This document shows, one piece after another, positions 19,735-31,214 of a DNA stretch of 64,000 bases; the stretch's first letter is position 1; the number at the start of each line of letters is the position of its first letter. Under the pieces are notes generated by a model that had not been told where the DNA came from, ran no database searches, and saw only the letters and a program-made list of their open reading frames with translations. Source of the DNA: Alphaproteobacteria bacterium. GTDB lineage: Bacteria; Pseudomonadota; Alphaproteobacteria; CALKHQ01. The stretch covers positions 352,001-416,000 of the forward strand of contig CBDDFZ010000002.1 of NCBI GenBank assembly GCA_965227515.1. Direction: 5' to 3'. A program made the position numbers and the translations under genes.

Positions 19735-20100
19735 TTATGGCTCCCGCGACAGGCCGCGTTTAGAAAGCGCATCGAGGTAGGTCTGCCAGATCTCGTCCTG
19801 CCGGCTGCCCAGCTCGTGCAGGTAGCGCCAGGAATAGAGCCCGGTCGCGTGCCCGTCGTCGAACAGGATGCGCACGGCGTAGTTGCCGACCGGCTCCATA
19901 CCGGTGACGGCGACGTGGCGCTTGCCGGGGACGATGGTCTTCTGGTCGCCACCATGGCCCTGCACCTCGGCGGACGGGCTTTCCACGCGCAGCAACTCGG
20001 CGGTCAGGCGAAAGGAACTGTCATCGTCGAATTCGACGACCAGTTCCTGCGCGTCGCGGTCGAAGCGCAGCTCGGTGGGCCAATGGTCGTTGTTGGTCAT
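19735..20100 (-). CDS. DUF971 (gamma-butyrobetaine hydroxylase-like N-terminal domain) protein
   Basis: AELLRVESPSAEVQGHG, PVGNYAV...FDDGH.TG.YSW.YL. Confidence 0.92.
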   Translation of the reverse strand: MTNNDHWPTELRFDRDAQELVVEFDDDSSFRLTAELLRVESPSAEVQGHGGDQKTIVPGKRHVAVTGMEPVGNYAVRILFDDGHATGLYSWRYLHELGSRQDEIWQTYLDALSKRGLSREP

Positions 20101-20121
20101 GGACGTAGGCGCGACCTAAAT

Positions 20122-20319
20122 CTAATCGCTCAGTTCGCGCGCCTCGTCCGGCAGCATGATCGGGATGCCGTCGCGGATGGGGTAGGCAAGGCCCGCCGCC
20201 TTGCTGATCAACTCGTTGGCCTCGCGGTCATAGACCAGCGCGGTCTTGGTGATGGGGCAGACCAGAAGCTCCAGCAGCTTCGGGTCGACCTGGCTGGCGT
20301 TGGTGTCCTGGTCTGCCAT
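20122..20319 (-). CDS. Trm112/YcaR family protein
   Basis: [26 protein letters not shown]. Confidence 0.93.
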   Translation of the reverse strand: MADQDTNASQVDPKLLELLVCPITKTALVYDREANELISKAAGLAYPIRDGIPIMLPDEARELSD

Positions 20320-20346
20320 GTTCGAGTTCCTTCCGCGAAGCGCCAG

Positions 20347-20625
20347 CTATTCCACCGCCGCCAGCGTCTCGCGCACCTCTGCGTAGAGCGCGCAGGCGGC
20401 GTCGGCATCGCTGCCGGCCAGAGCACCGGCTTCCGACATCTTCTGGTTCAGCTCCATCATCGTCGCCATGTTGTCCTCGGTCGGGTTGGCGGCCAAGGTG
20501 GCATTGGCCTCGGCGAGCGCCGGGCCGATATCCTGCGCTTCCTGTGCCGGGTCGCAGTCCGCCGCCAGCGCCGCCGGTACCGACGTCAGCACGAAGGCTC
20601 CGGCAATCAATACACGTTGAAACAT
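20347..20625 (-). CDS. Small secreted helical hypothetical protein with two Cys
   Basis: Signal peptide (ALA-ADC), AAC..Y near the C-terminus, AGGGG RBS. Confidence 0.65.
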   Translation of the reverse strand: MFQRVLIAGAFVLTSVPAALAADCDPAQEAQDIGPALAEANATLAANPTEDNMATMMELNQKMSEAGALAGSDADAACALYAEVRETLAAVE

Positions 20626-20746
20626 GGTGTCAAACCCCTGTCGATCATAGAGATGGAACCGTGCTGCACCGCCCCTCGCCGCACACGATGCCCGCGTTGT
20701 CGTGGCCGATTGTGGCAAAGCGTTGGCGGCGGGCCATCGGCACGGA

Positions 20747-21931
20747 TCACACCGGGTCCTGGGTCATGTCCAGGTGGAGCGCGCCGCCGTCATAGGGATG
20801 GGCCGCCGCCACCGCCTCGTCGAGCTCGACCCCCAGCCCAGGTGCCGCCGGCGGGATGACGTAGCCGTCTTCCCATGCGATCGGTGTTTTCAGGATGTCG
20901 GCGTGGAAGCCGTCCCAGCGGCCGATCCCCTCCAGGATCAGGAAGTTCGGCGAGCAGGCGGCGATCTGGACGTTGGCGGCGCCGACCACCGGCCCGCAAT
21001 AGAGGTGCGGCGCGATCTGGGCATAGTGCGCCTCGGCCATGCCGGCGATCTTCTTGGCCTCCAGGATGCCGCCAACCCGGCCCAGATTCATCTGCAGGAT
21101 CGAGGCGGCCCCGGTGGCCAGCACCCGCGCGAACTCGTATTTGGTGGCCAGCCGCTCGCCGGTTGCGATGGGGATGGAGGTGGCCGCCGACACCCGGCCC
21201 ATCTGCTCCGGCATCTCCGGCGGGGTCGGCTCCTCGAACCACAGCGGATCGTAGGGCTCGATCTGGCGCGCCAGCCGGATCGCGCCGGCGGTGGTCATCT
21301 GGCCGTGGGTGCCGAACAGCAGGTCGGCGCGGCTGCCCACGGCGTCACGCAGCTTGCGCATGAAGGCGACCGACCGCTCGATCTCAGCCAGCGAGAGCTG
21401 GCGCGCGCCAAACGCGGTGTAGGGGCCGGCCGGGTCAAACTTCACCGCCGTGAAGCCCTGGGCAACGCAGGCCGCCGCGCGCTCGGCCGCGAGATCGGGG
21501 TCGGCATAGACGTCGGTGGCATCGCCCGGCTCGGGATAGAGGTAGGTGTAGGTCCTGAGCCGCTCGTGCACCCGCCCGCCGAGCAGTTGATGCACGGGCT
21601 TGTCGACGGCCTTTCCGACGATGTCCCAGCAGGCCATCTCCAGCCCGCTCAGGATGGCGCACATCGCGCTGTCGGGCCGCTGGGTGAAGCCGGTGGAATA
21701 GACCCGGCGCCACATCGCCTCGATCTGGAACGGGTCGCGGCCCTCAACGTGGCGGGCGAACACGTCGGCGATCATCCGCGCCACCACGTGCGGGTCGAAC
21801 GGCACCGAGTAGACCTCGCCGACGCCGGAGATGCCGTTGTCGGTTGTCAGCTTCAGAAAGACGAAATAGCGCCCGCCGAAGTGCGGCGGCGGGTTGCCGA
21901 CAACGAAGGTCTGCAGTTTGGTGATTTTCAA
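20747..21931 (-). CDS. Mandelate racemase/muconate lactonizing (enolase superfamily) protein
   Basis: A.WDI.GK....PV..LLGG, KFDP, GTHGQ, WFEEP, ATGERL, APH; TTG start inferred. Confidence 0.88.
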   Translation of the reverse strand: MKITKLQTFVVGNPPPHFGGRYFVFLKLTTDNGISGVGEVYSVPFDPHVVARMIADVFARHVEGRDPFQIEAMWRRVYSTGFTQRPDSAMCAILSGLEMACWDIVGKAVDKPVHQLLGGRVHERLRTYTYLYPEPGDATDVYADPDLAAERAAACVAQGFTAVKFDPAGPYTAFGARQLSLAEIERSVAFMRKLRDAVGSRADLLFGTHGQMTTAGAIRLARQIEPYDPLWFEEPTPPEMPEQMGRVSAATSIPIATGERLATKYEFARVLATGAASILQMNLGRVGGILEAKKIAGMAEAHYAQIAPHLYCGPVVGAANVQIAACSPNFLILEGIGRWDGFHADILKTPIAWEDGYVIPPAAPGLGVELDEAVAAAHPYDGGALHLDMTQDPV

Positions 21932-21945
21932 GGAGACAACGCGTG

Positions 21946-22611
21946 TCAGCCGGTGCGGCGGAGCGCCGGTGCGGGCTGGGTCACCGATGCGGCGGCGGGC
22001 GGCACGCTGACCACCCGCTGCGGGTCCAGCACCATGCCGAACAGCAGGTGGTCGTGCCAGTGGCCGTTGATGCGCAGATAGGCATCGGCGCGGCCCTCCT
22101 GCCGGAAGCCGCACTTCATCAGCAGGCGCTGGCTCGGCACGTTGGTCGGCAGGCAGGCCGCCTCCAGCCGGTGCAGGTGAAGCTGGCGAGCGCAGAAATT
22201 GACCATGCAGGTCAGCGCATCGGTCATGTAGCCCTGGCGGGCGTATGGCTCGCCGATCCAGTAGCCGAGCGCGCCGGACTGGGCGACGCCGCGCCGGATG
22301 TGGCTGAGGGTCAGCCCGCCGAGGAGCTGGCCGTCGCTGCGGCGCATCAGCAACAGGCCGTAGCCGGCGTCCGCCCGCATGTCCTGGTTGTTGCGGCGCA
22401 GGCGCCCGCGAAACGCGGCCCGCGACAGGGCATCGCGCGGCCACACCGGCTCCCATGGGGTCAGGAAGTCGCGACTCTTTGCACGCACGTCGGCCCACTG
22501 GCGGTAGTCGGACATCACCGGCGGGCGCAGCACGACGCGGCCGGCATCCAGAACCAGGCGCGGCGGCCGCGCCATCATTCCATCCAGCAGGTCCTGCAAA
22601 CGTCTCGCCAA
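21946..22611 (-). CDS. RimJ-like GNAT N-acetyltransferase
   Basis: S..FL.PWEP.W, IRRGVAQ...LGYWIG, G.MT.A, LHR.EAA..P.N..S..LL...GF..EG....YL.ING.W.DH. Confidence 0.9.
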   Translation of the reverse strand: MARRLQDLLDGMMARPPRLVLDAGRVVLRPPVMSDYRQWADVRAKSRDFLTPWEPVWPRDALSRAAFRGRLRRNNQDMRADAGYGLLLMRRSDGQLLGGLTLSHIRRGVAQSGALGYWIGEPYARQGYMTDALTCMVNFCARQLHLHRLEAACLPTNVPSQRLLMKCGFRQEGRADAYLRINGHWHDHLLFGMVLDPQRVVSVPPAAASVTQPAPALRRTG

Positions 22612-22627
22612 TGCCTGACGGTCCCGT

Positions 22628-23890
22628 TCAGTTCAACCGCGCGATCAGATCGTCGCGATCGATCGCCTGCCCCAGGGGGCCAAGCTGCGCCAAAGTCGGT
22701 GGCATCGCACGCAACCGTGCTGCCATGGCTGCGACCGCATCGCAATCCACCGCGTCGATCTTGGCAACCATGTCATCCAGAGACAAGGGCTCACCGTAGA
22801 TGATCAACTGCTGCGCGAGCTGCTCGCAGCGGCCCGACGTGCTTTCCAGCGACATCAGGATGCTCGCCTTGAGCTGGGCGCGCGCGCGGGCGACCTCCGC
22901 CTCCGTCAGGTCCTGGTCGACGCCGGCCATCACCTCGGCGATGACGCGCAGGCATTCGCCGGCGTCCTCCGGCCCGGTGCCGGCATAGATCGAGAACAGG
23001 CCGCTGTCGCGGTATGGCTGGGCGTAGGACTGGATGGCGTAGACCAGGCCGCGCTTCTCCCGCAGTTCCTGGAACAGGCGGGACGACATGCCGCCGCCCA
23101 GAAGGGTGGCGAACACCGACAGCGGATAGATGTCGTCGCTGCGGCTGGCCACGCCCTCCAGCCCCAGCAGGATGTGCACCTGCTCCAGCGCCCGGTCGTC
23201 GCGGAACTCGCCGCCCTCGTAACGCGCCGGCTCCAGCGGCAACCGGCCATTGCCCGACGGCAGGGCGCCGCAGCGGCGCGCGACCTCGTCGACCAGGTGG
23301 TCGTGATCCAGCCGGCCGGCGGCGGCGAACACCATGCCATGGGCCGTGTAGTTCTCGCCCCGGAACCGGTCGACGGTGTCCCGGTCCATGGCGGCCACGA
23401 TCTCGGGCTCGCCCAGCACCGGGCGGCCCAGGCTCTGGCCCGGATAGGCGGTGGCCTGGAAATGGTCGTGGATCACGTCGTCGGGCGTGTCGTTGGCCTG
23501 GCCGATCTCCTGCAACACTACGGTGCGCTCGCGGACCAGTTCGTCCTCGTCCAGCGTCGCGTCGATCACGATGTCGCTGACCAGGTCGATAGCGAGGTCG
23601 ATGTCGTCCTTCAGCACCTTGGCGTAATAGCCAGTCTGCTCGCGCCCGGTGTAGGCGTTCATGATGCCGCCGACGTCCTCGATCTCCTCGGCGATGGCCT
23701 GGGCGGAGCGGCGGCCGGTGCCCTTGAACACCATGTGCTCCAGCATGTGGGCGACGCCGTTGTCCTCGGCGCGCTCGTTGCGGGTGCCGGCGCCGATCCA
23801 TATGCCCAGGGACACGGACTGAACGCTGTCGCGGGCCTCGCTGATGATGCGGAGCCCATTGTCGAGCGTGGTGATGCGCACGCCGCTCAT
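22628..23890 (-). CDS. M16 (pitrilysin/MPP-like) metallopeptidase
   Basis: HMLEHM.FKGT inverted zinc motif, NAYT..E.T.YY, LGGGMSSRLFQE.RE.RGL.Y; ATGA overlap with thrC. Confidence 0.93.
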   Translation of the reverse strand: MSGVRITTLDNGLRIISEARDSVQSVSLGIWIGAGTRNERAEDNGVAHMLEHMVFKGTGRRSAQAIAEEIEDVGGIMNAYTGREQTGYYAKVLKDDIDLAIDLVSDIVIDATLDEDELVRERTVVLQEIGQANDTPDDVIHDHFQATAYPGQSLGRPVLGEPEIVAAMDRDTVDRFRGENYTAHGMVFAAAGRLDHDHLVDEVARRCGALPSGNGRLPLEPARYEGGEFRDDRALEQVHILLGLEGVASRSDDIYPLSVFATLLGGGMSSRLFQELREKRGLVYAIQSYAQPYRDSGLFSIYAGTGPEDAGECLRVIAEVMAGVDQDLTEAEVARARAQLKASILMSLESTSGRCEQLAQQLIIYGEPLSLDDMVAKIDAVDCDAVAAMAARLRAMPPTLAQLGPLGQAIDRDDLIARLN

Positions 23891-25284
23891 GCCGCGCCCG
23901 CCATCGCCAGCGCATTGCGGATGTGGGCCTGCAGGGCAGGGGCATCGTTCGGCAGCACCTCGAACCGCTCCGGCCGGTCCAACAGGTCGGCCAGGTGCGG
24001 CGGCAGCGCGGGGCGCACGCCGGTGGCGCGTTCCACCGCATCGGGGAACTTCGCCGGGTGCGCGGTGCCGGCGACCACAATCGGGCCGTCGGCATACTCG
24101 GCGCAGTCCTGCACCGCCGCCAAGCCCACCGCCGTGTGCGGGTCGACCAGCTCGCCGTGGCGTGCATGGGCGTCGGCCATCACTTCCAGCGTGCGCGCGT
24201 CGTCGGCGCGGCTGCCGACGAAGTCGCGGCGGATCATCGCCATCGCGTCGTCGGGCAGGGCATAGCTGCCGGTCCGCCGGAAATCGGCCAGCGTCTTGGC
24301 GACCCGGTCGCCGTCGCGGCCCAGCGCCTCGAACAGCAGGCGCTCGAAGTTGGAGGACACCTGGATGTCCATGCTGGGCGAAAGCGTCGGGGTCACGTCG
24401 GCCATGGTCATGGCGCCAGTGTCGAGGAAACGGGTGAGGATATCGTTGCTGTTGGAGCCCAGGATCAGCCGGCCGATGGGGAAGCCCAGCCGCTTGGCGA
24501 TGTGGGCGGCCAGCACGTTGCCGAAATTGCCGGTCGGCACCGCGAACGACACCGGGCGGCCGGGCCGTGCGAGCTTGCACGCGGCGCGGGCGTAATAGAC
24601 CACCTGCGCCACCACGCGGGCCCAGTTGATCGAATTCACCGCCGACAGCCGCACCTCGCCGCGGAACGCGGGGTCGTTGAACAGCGCCTTCACCAGGTCC
24701 TGGCAGTCGTCGAACGAGCCCTCGATGGCGATGTTGTGGACGTTGGCGGCCTCGACCGTCGTCATCTGGCGGCGCTGCACATCGGTCACCCGGCCTTTCG
24801 GGTGCAGCATGAAGATTTCGACCGAGGCACTGCCGCGCACCGCCTCGATGGCGGCCGATCCGGTGTCGCCGGAGGTGGCGCCGACGATGGTGATGCGCTC
24901 GCCGCGCTTGGTCAGCACGTGGTCGAACAGGCGGCCCAGCAGTTGCAGCGCCACGTCCTTGAACGCCAGGGTCGGGCCGTGGAACAGCTCCATCAGCCAC
25001 ACGCCGCTGTCGAACTCCTTCAGCGGCGTCACCGACGGGTGGCGAAAGACCTCGTAGGCCTCGCCCAGCAGCCGGTCGAGGGTCGGGCGGTCGATGGCCC
25101 CGCCGACAAAAGGCGCGATCACGTCGCCCGCGACCGCGGCATAGGGCCGGTCGGGATCCAGGTCGGTCGGCGCCGGCGGCAGCGTTTCCGGCAGGTAGAG
25201 CCCGCCGTCGCTGGCCAGGCCGGCCAGCAGCGTTGCCTCGAAATCGAGCGCGGGGGCGGCGCCCCGGGTGCTGACATAGCGCAC
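23887..25284 (-). CDS. thrC: Threonine synthase
   Basis: Y.STRG, GLA.DGGLY.P, ELFHGPTLAFKD, ATSGDTG, NSINWAR, VPTGNFG, TAHPAKF; GTG start. Confidence 0.96.
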   Translation of the reverse strand: MRYVSTRGAAPALDFEATLLAGLASDGGLYLPETLPPAPTDLDPDRPYAAVAGDVIAPFVGGAIDRPTLDRLLGEAYEVFRHPSVTPLKEFDSGVWLMELFHGPTLAFKDVALQLLGRLFDHVLTKRGERITIVGATSGDTGSAAIEAVRGSASVEIFMLHPKGRVTDVQRRQMTTVEAANVHNIAIEGSFDDCQDLVKALFNDPAFRGEVRLSAVNSINWARVVAQVVYYARAACKLARPGRPVSFAVPTGNFGNVLAAHIAKRLGFPIGRLILGSNSNDILTRFLDTGAMTMADVTPTLSPSMDIQVSSNFERLLFEALGRDGDRVAKTLADFRRTGSYALPDDAMAMIRRDFVGSRADDARTLEVMADAHARHGELVDPHTAVGLAAVQDCAEYADGPIVVAGTAHPAKFPDAVERATGVRPALPPHLADLLDRPERFEVLPNDAPALQAHIRNALAMAGAA

Positions 25285-25286
25285 GC

Positions 25287-26822
<1,536 letters not shown>

Positions 26823-26932
26823 GGATCAGCGGTTCTCCAGATACATCTGCGCGAGGGCGGCACTGGATATCACGGCACCGCGTGCCTTGCCACGCTTGCG
26901 GGATTGTTTGGTCACGTCGGCACCGGCCCGGT

Positions 26933-27691
26933 TCAAACGCCGCAGAGCGGGCAGGCCGGGTCGCGGTTGACCTTCAGCTCGGTGAAGCGCGCGTCCAGGG
27001 CGTCGTAGATCACCAGCCGGCCGGACAGGCCGTCGCCCAGGCCCAGCAGCTCCTTCAGCGCTTCGGTCGCCATCAGGGTGCCGGCGACCCCCGCGACCGC
27101 TCCCAGGATCCCCGCCTGGTCGCAGCGCGGCACCAGGTCGGCGGGCGGCGGCGAGGGGAACGCACAGCGATAGCACGGGTGCGGCGCGCCCAGGTGCGGC
27201 TTGAAGGTCGAGATCTGCGCCTCGAAGCGCAGCAGCGCGCCGGAGATCAGCGGCACGCCGGCGCGAAAGCAGGCATCGTTGACCGCGTAGCGGGTGTCGA
27301 AGTTGTCGCTGCCGTCGATGGCGAGGTCGTGGCCGGCGATCAGTGCCTCGGCATTGTCGGCAGTCAGCCGCTGTTGCACCGTCTCCACCGTCACGTCGGG
27401 ATTGATCGCGGCCAGCGATGCCTTGGCGCTGGCGGTCTTCGGTGCGCCGACCCGTTCGGTGGCGTGGATCACCTGGCGTTGCAGATTGGAGAGGTCGACC
27501 ACGTCGTCGTCGACGACGGTCAGGTGGCCGACGCCCGCCGCCGCCAGATACATCAGCACCGGGGCGCCGAGGCCGCCGGCACCTACCGCCAGCACCCTTG
27601 CGCCGAGCAGGCGTTCCTGCCCCTCGTCGCCGACCTCGTCCAGGATCAGGTGGCGGGCATAGCGCTCGAACTGGCTGTCGGTCAGTTCCAT
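26933..27691 (-). CDS. moeB: MoeB/ThiF/HesA family adenylyltransferase
   Basis: RY.RH, G.GGLG, D.V..SNLQRQ, DGSDNF.TRY, CYRC and CPLC zinc motifs. Confidence 0.82.
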   Translation of the reverse strand: MELTDSQFERYARHLILDEVGDEGQERLLGARVLAVGAGGLGAPVLMYLAAAGVGHLTVVDDDVVDLSNLQRQVIHATERVGAPKTASAKASLAAINPDVTVETVQQRLTADNAEALIAGHDLAIDGSDNFDTRYAVNDACFRAGVPLISGALLRFEAQISTFKPHLGAPHPCYRCAFPSPPPADLVPRCDQAGILGAVAGVAGTLMATEALKELLGLGDGLSGRLVIYDALDARFTELKVNRDPACPLCGV

Positions 27692-27707
27692 GGTCGCTGC
27701 GTCGGCC

Positions 27708-28157
27708 TCAATGGCCTGTCGACCCGAAGCCGCCACCGCCCCGGGTGCTCTCGGGCAGGGCATCCACCGGCTCCCACGCGATCACCGTGACGGCCGCGAT
27801 CACCATCTGGGCGATGCGCATGCCGCGTTCGATCAGGAACGGCTCCTCGCCGAGGTTGACCATGATGGCGCCCACCTCGCCGCGATAGTCGCTGTCGATG
27901 GTGCCCGGCGCGTTGAGGACGGTAAGCCCGTGCTTGGCGGCAAGGCCTGACCGTGGCCGCACCTGCGCCTCGTAGCCCTGCGGCAGGGCGAGCGCGATGC
28001 CGGTCGGCACGATCGTCCGCGCGCCCGGGCGCAGCGTCAGCGGCTCCGCGACCGCGGCCAGCAGGTCCATGCCGGCGCTGCCGGGGGTGGCGTATGCGGG
28101 CAGGGGCAGGCCGGCCCCGCTGGGCAGCACCTGCACCGGAACGGCAATCGGACTCAT
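27708..28157 (-). CDS. dut: dUTP diphosphatase
   Basis: [36 protein letters not shown]. Confidence 0.96.
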   Translation of the reverse strand: MSPIAVPVQVLPSGAGLPLPAYATPGSAGMDLLAAVAEPLTLRPGARTIVPTGIALALPQGYEAQVRPRSGLAAKHGLTVLNAPGTIDSDYRGEVGAIMVNLGEEPFLIERGMRIAQMVIAAVTVIAWEPVDALPESTRGGGGFGSTGH

Positions 28158-29434
28158 GAGCCGCTGCCGGTGAACCCGACCGCGATGCGGCGGGCGAGCC
28201 TGACCGCGACGTCCAGCTTGGACATCGCCGGCCACGCCTCGTGCCCGTCCCCGTCGATCACCGTCACCGTGTTCCGTTGGCCGCCGAACGTTCCTGTATC
28301 GGGCGAAACGTCGTTGGCGACGATCCAGTCGCAGCCCTTGGCCTGCCGCTTGGCCTCGGCATTTGCGACCACGTTCTCGGTCTCCGCTGCGAAGCCGACC
28401 ACGATGGTGGGCCGTTCGGCGCCCTTGCGTGACAGGTCGGCCAGAATGTCCGGGTTCTGCTGCAGGTCGAGCGCCAGCGACGCCGAGGTCTTCTTCAGTT
28501 TCTCCGGCGCCTCGCTGACCACCCGCCAGTCGGCGACCGCCGCGGCGCACACCGCGATGTCGCAGGGCAGCTCCTTCAGCGCCGCGTCATGCATGTCGGC
28601 GGCACTCTCCACATAGCGGGTGATCACGCCGAGCGGCGCGCGGATGGCCGTGGGGCCGGTAATCAGGGTGGTTTCCGCGCCCAGGGCGGCGAGGGCGGCC
28701 GCGATGGCGTGGCCCTGCTTGCCGGAGGAGCGGTTGGCGATATAGCGCACCGGGTCGATCGGCTCGTGGGTCGGCCCGCTGGTAACGATGGCCCGCCGCC
28801 CGTGGAGTGGCAGTTGCAGCGATGCCCACGGCGTCGCCGGCTTCTCCCGGTGCATGGTGAGGTAGAGCTCGACGGCGGCGACGATATCCAATGGCTCAGC
28901 CAGGCGGCCCATGCCGAACTCGCCGCACGCCATCGCGCCGGACGTGGGGCCGACCACCCGCACGCCGCGCTGGCGCAGCGTCTCCATATTGGCCTTGGTC
29001 GCCGGGTGCGACCACATCCGCACGTTCATCGCCGGCACCAGCATGACCGGGGCGTCGGTCGCCATCAGCACGGTCGAGGCCAGATCGTCGGCATGGCCGT
29101 TCGCCATCTTGGCGATCAGGTCGGCGGTGGCGGGGCAGACCAGGATCAGGTCGGCGGCGCGCGACAGCTCGATGTGGCCCATCTCGTTTTCGTCTGTCAG
29201 CGAGAACAGGTCGGTATAGACCTTGTCCTCGGTCAGGGCCGACAGCGACAGCGGGGTCACGAACTCCGCCCCGGCCCGGGTCAGCACCGCGCGGGTGGCG
29301 ACACCCATCTCGCGCAGGCGCCGCACCACCTCCAGCGACTTGTAGGCGGCAATACCGCCGCCGACGATCAGCAGCACCCTGTGGGGCGCGGAGCCGGTCG
29401 CGGCGTTCCGGTCGTCGCTGGGGGCGTCGTTCAT
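28154..29434 (-). CDS. coaBC: Bifunctional phosphopantothenoylcysteine decarboxylase/synthase
   Basis: [60 protein letters not shown]. Confidence 0.96.
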   Translation of the reverse strand: MNDAPSDDRNAATGSAPHRVLLIVGGGIAAYKSLEVVRRLREMGVATRAVLTRAGAEFVTPLSLSALTEDKVYTDLFSLTDENEMGHIELSRAADLILVCPATADLIAKMANGHADDLASTVLMATDAPVMLVPAMNVRMWSHPATKANMETLRQRGVRVVGPTSGAMACGEFGMGRLAEPLDIVAAVELYLTMHREKPATPWASLQLPLHGRRAIVTSGPTHEPIDPVRYIANRSSGKQGHAIAAALAALGAETTLITGPTAIRAPLGVITRYVESAADMHDAALKELPCDIAVCAAAVADWRVVSEAPEKLKKTSASLALDLQQNPDILADLSRKGAERPTIVVGFAAETENVVANAEAKRQAKGCDWIVANDVSPDTGTFGGQRNTVTVIDGDGHEAWPAMSKLDVAVRLARRIAVGFTGSGS

Positions 29435-29436
29435 GG

Positions 29437-29568
29437 CTAGATCATCACCAGGCCGGCCGCCAGTTGCGGCACCAGCAGGGCCGGCAACCCGGCGCCGAAC
29501 GGCAGGAACCCGAACGCGGTCCACAGCGGGGTCAGGTGACCACCAAGCACGATCATCATGAAGCTCAT
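29437..29568 (-). CDS. Possible 43-aa hydrophobic small protein
   Basis: Fills the ubiB-coaBC gap, GAGG upstream of ATG, stop 2 bp before the coaBC ATG, no D/E/K/R residues. Confidence 0.35.
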   Translation of the reverse strand: MSFMMIVLGGHLTPLWTAFGFLPFGAGLPALLVPQLAAGLVMI

Positions 29569-29621
29569 GTCCAATGTCCTCGGCCGGCACCGCCAGCCCC
29601 GAAGTCTTGCACTCCGGCCGG

Positions 29622-31175
29622 TCAGTCGCCGACTATAGCGTATAAGATAGCCGCCAACAGGCCGGCGACCAGCACCCCGAACAGGAACGGCCAGACCCAG
29701 GCGAATTTGCGGCGGATACGCGCGGCGAGCTGCTCGACCGTCCGTTGCTCCAGGCGAATGCCCTGGTTGGCCGAAACCTCGAGCAACTGGCTGGCGTGCT
29801 CGATCAGCCGCGGGATCTCGCGCGCGGACTCCGTGGCGTCCTGCATGGCGCGGGCGATCTGCGCCTCCGGGCCGAACATCTGGCGCATCCAGGTCTCGAT
29901 CAGCGGGCGCGCCATCTCCCAGATGTTGACGCTGGGGTTGAGCGCCCGGCCCATGCCCTCGGCCATCAGCATCGTCTTCTGCAGCAGCAGCAGTTGCGGC
30001 TGCACCTCCATGCGGAAGGTGCGCGCCACATAGAACAACTGGCCGAGCAGGCGGGCGAGGGAGATCTCGTGCGCCGACCGGCCGAGAATGGGCGACCCGA
30101 TGGACCGGCACGCTTGCGCGAACACCTCGATCGGCACGTCGCTGTCGACGTAGCCGGCGCGCGCCTGCACCTCGGCCACCCGGTAGTAGTCGCCTTGCAG
30201 GAATGCCAGCAGCAGCTCGGCCAGGAACACCCGGTCCTCGCGGCTCAGCCTCCCCATGATGCCGAAGTCGATGGGCACGACGGCGCCGTCGGGGCCGACG
30301 AAGGCGTTGCCGCCGTGCATGTCGGCATGGAAGAAGCCGTCGCGGAACACCTGGTAGAAGAAAGACTCGGCTGCCTTTTGCAGCACCGCGTCGACGTCGT
30401 GGCCGGCCTCCAGCAGGGCGGCGCGATCGTCGATGCGAATGCCCTCGACCCGCTCCTGGGTCAGCACCCGGCGCGCGGTGCGGTCCCAGTCGATCGTGGG
30501 CGTGCGGTAGCCGTCGTCGTCGGCGAAGTTCTCGCCCAGCTCCTCGGCCGCCGCCGCTTCCATGCGCAGGTCCATCTCGATGCGCACGGTCTCCTCGAAG
30601 GTCCGGGCCACCTCCACCGGTTTCAGGCGCCTGAGCCGCGGCTGGGTGCGTTCCACGATCTCCGCGATCCAGAACGCCAGGTCCAGGTCGCGGGCGATCT
30701 GCTGCTCCACCCGGGGGCGCAGCACCTTGACCGCCACCTGCCGGCCATCGGTGGTCTCGGCGAAGTGGACCTGGGCGATGGAGGCGGCGGCCACCGGCTC
30801 GTCGTCGAAGCGGCGGAACAGCTCCGACACCGGGCGGCCAAGCTCGCGCTCGATGATGTCGCGGGCGATCATGCTGGGAAAGGCCGGCAGCCGGTCCTGC
30901 AGCTTGGTCAGGTCGGCGGCGGCCTCCTGCCCCACCAGGTCGGAGCGGACCGACAGCGCCTGGCCCAGCTTGATGAACGACGGCCCCAGCGCCTGGCAGG
31001 CGGCGGCCAGCCGCTCGCCCGGCCGGCCCTGCACATGGCCCAGCGAGAACTTGCGCATGAACCAGACCAGGGTCGGCGCCACGCCGAGCTGCTCCAGCGG
31101 GAACAGCGCGTTGTGCCGCGCCAGCGTGTGGGCGATCTGCAACAGGCGAAAGAGGTTGCGGATGATGCGCAGCAT
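29622..31175 (-). CDS. ubiB: Ubiquinone biosynthesis kinase-like protein UbiB
   Basis: LGP.FIKLGQ.LS.R.D, AAASIAQVH, AVKVLRP, GFFHADMH, DFGIMG, QPQL.LLQKT. Confidence 0.95.
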   Translation of the reverse strand: MLRIIRNLFRLLQIAHTLARHNALFPLEQLGVAPTLVWFMRKFSLGHVQGRPGERLAAACQALGPSFIKLGQALSVRSDLVGQEAAADLTKLQDRLPAFPSMIARDIIERELGRPVSELFRRFDDEPVAAASIAQVHFAETTDGRQVAVKVLRPRVEQQIARDLDLAFWIAEIVERTQPRLRRLKPVEVARTFEETVRIEMDLRMEAAAAEELGENFADDDGYRTPTIDWDRTARRVLTQERVEGIRIDDRAALLEAGHDVDAVLQKAAESFFYQVFRDGFFHADMHGGNAFVGPDGAVVPIDFGIMGRLSREDRVFLAELLLAFLQGDYYRVAEVQARAGYVDSDVPIEVFAQACRSIGSPILGRSAHEISLARLLGQLFYVARTFRMEVQPQLLLLQKTMLMAEGMGRALNPSVNIWEMARPLIETWMRQMFGPEAQIARAMQDATESAREIPRLIEHASQLLEVSANQGIRLEQRTVEQLAARIRRKFAWVWPFLFGVLVAGLLAAILYAIVGD

Positions 31176-31214
31176 GGCGGGCGGTTCAGCGCGGCACGCG
31201 AGAAGGACGCGGCA

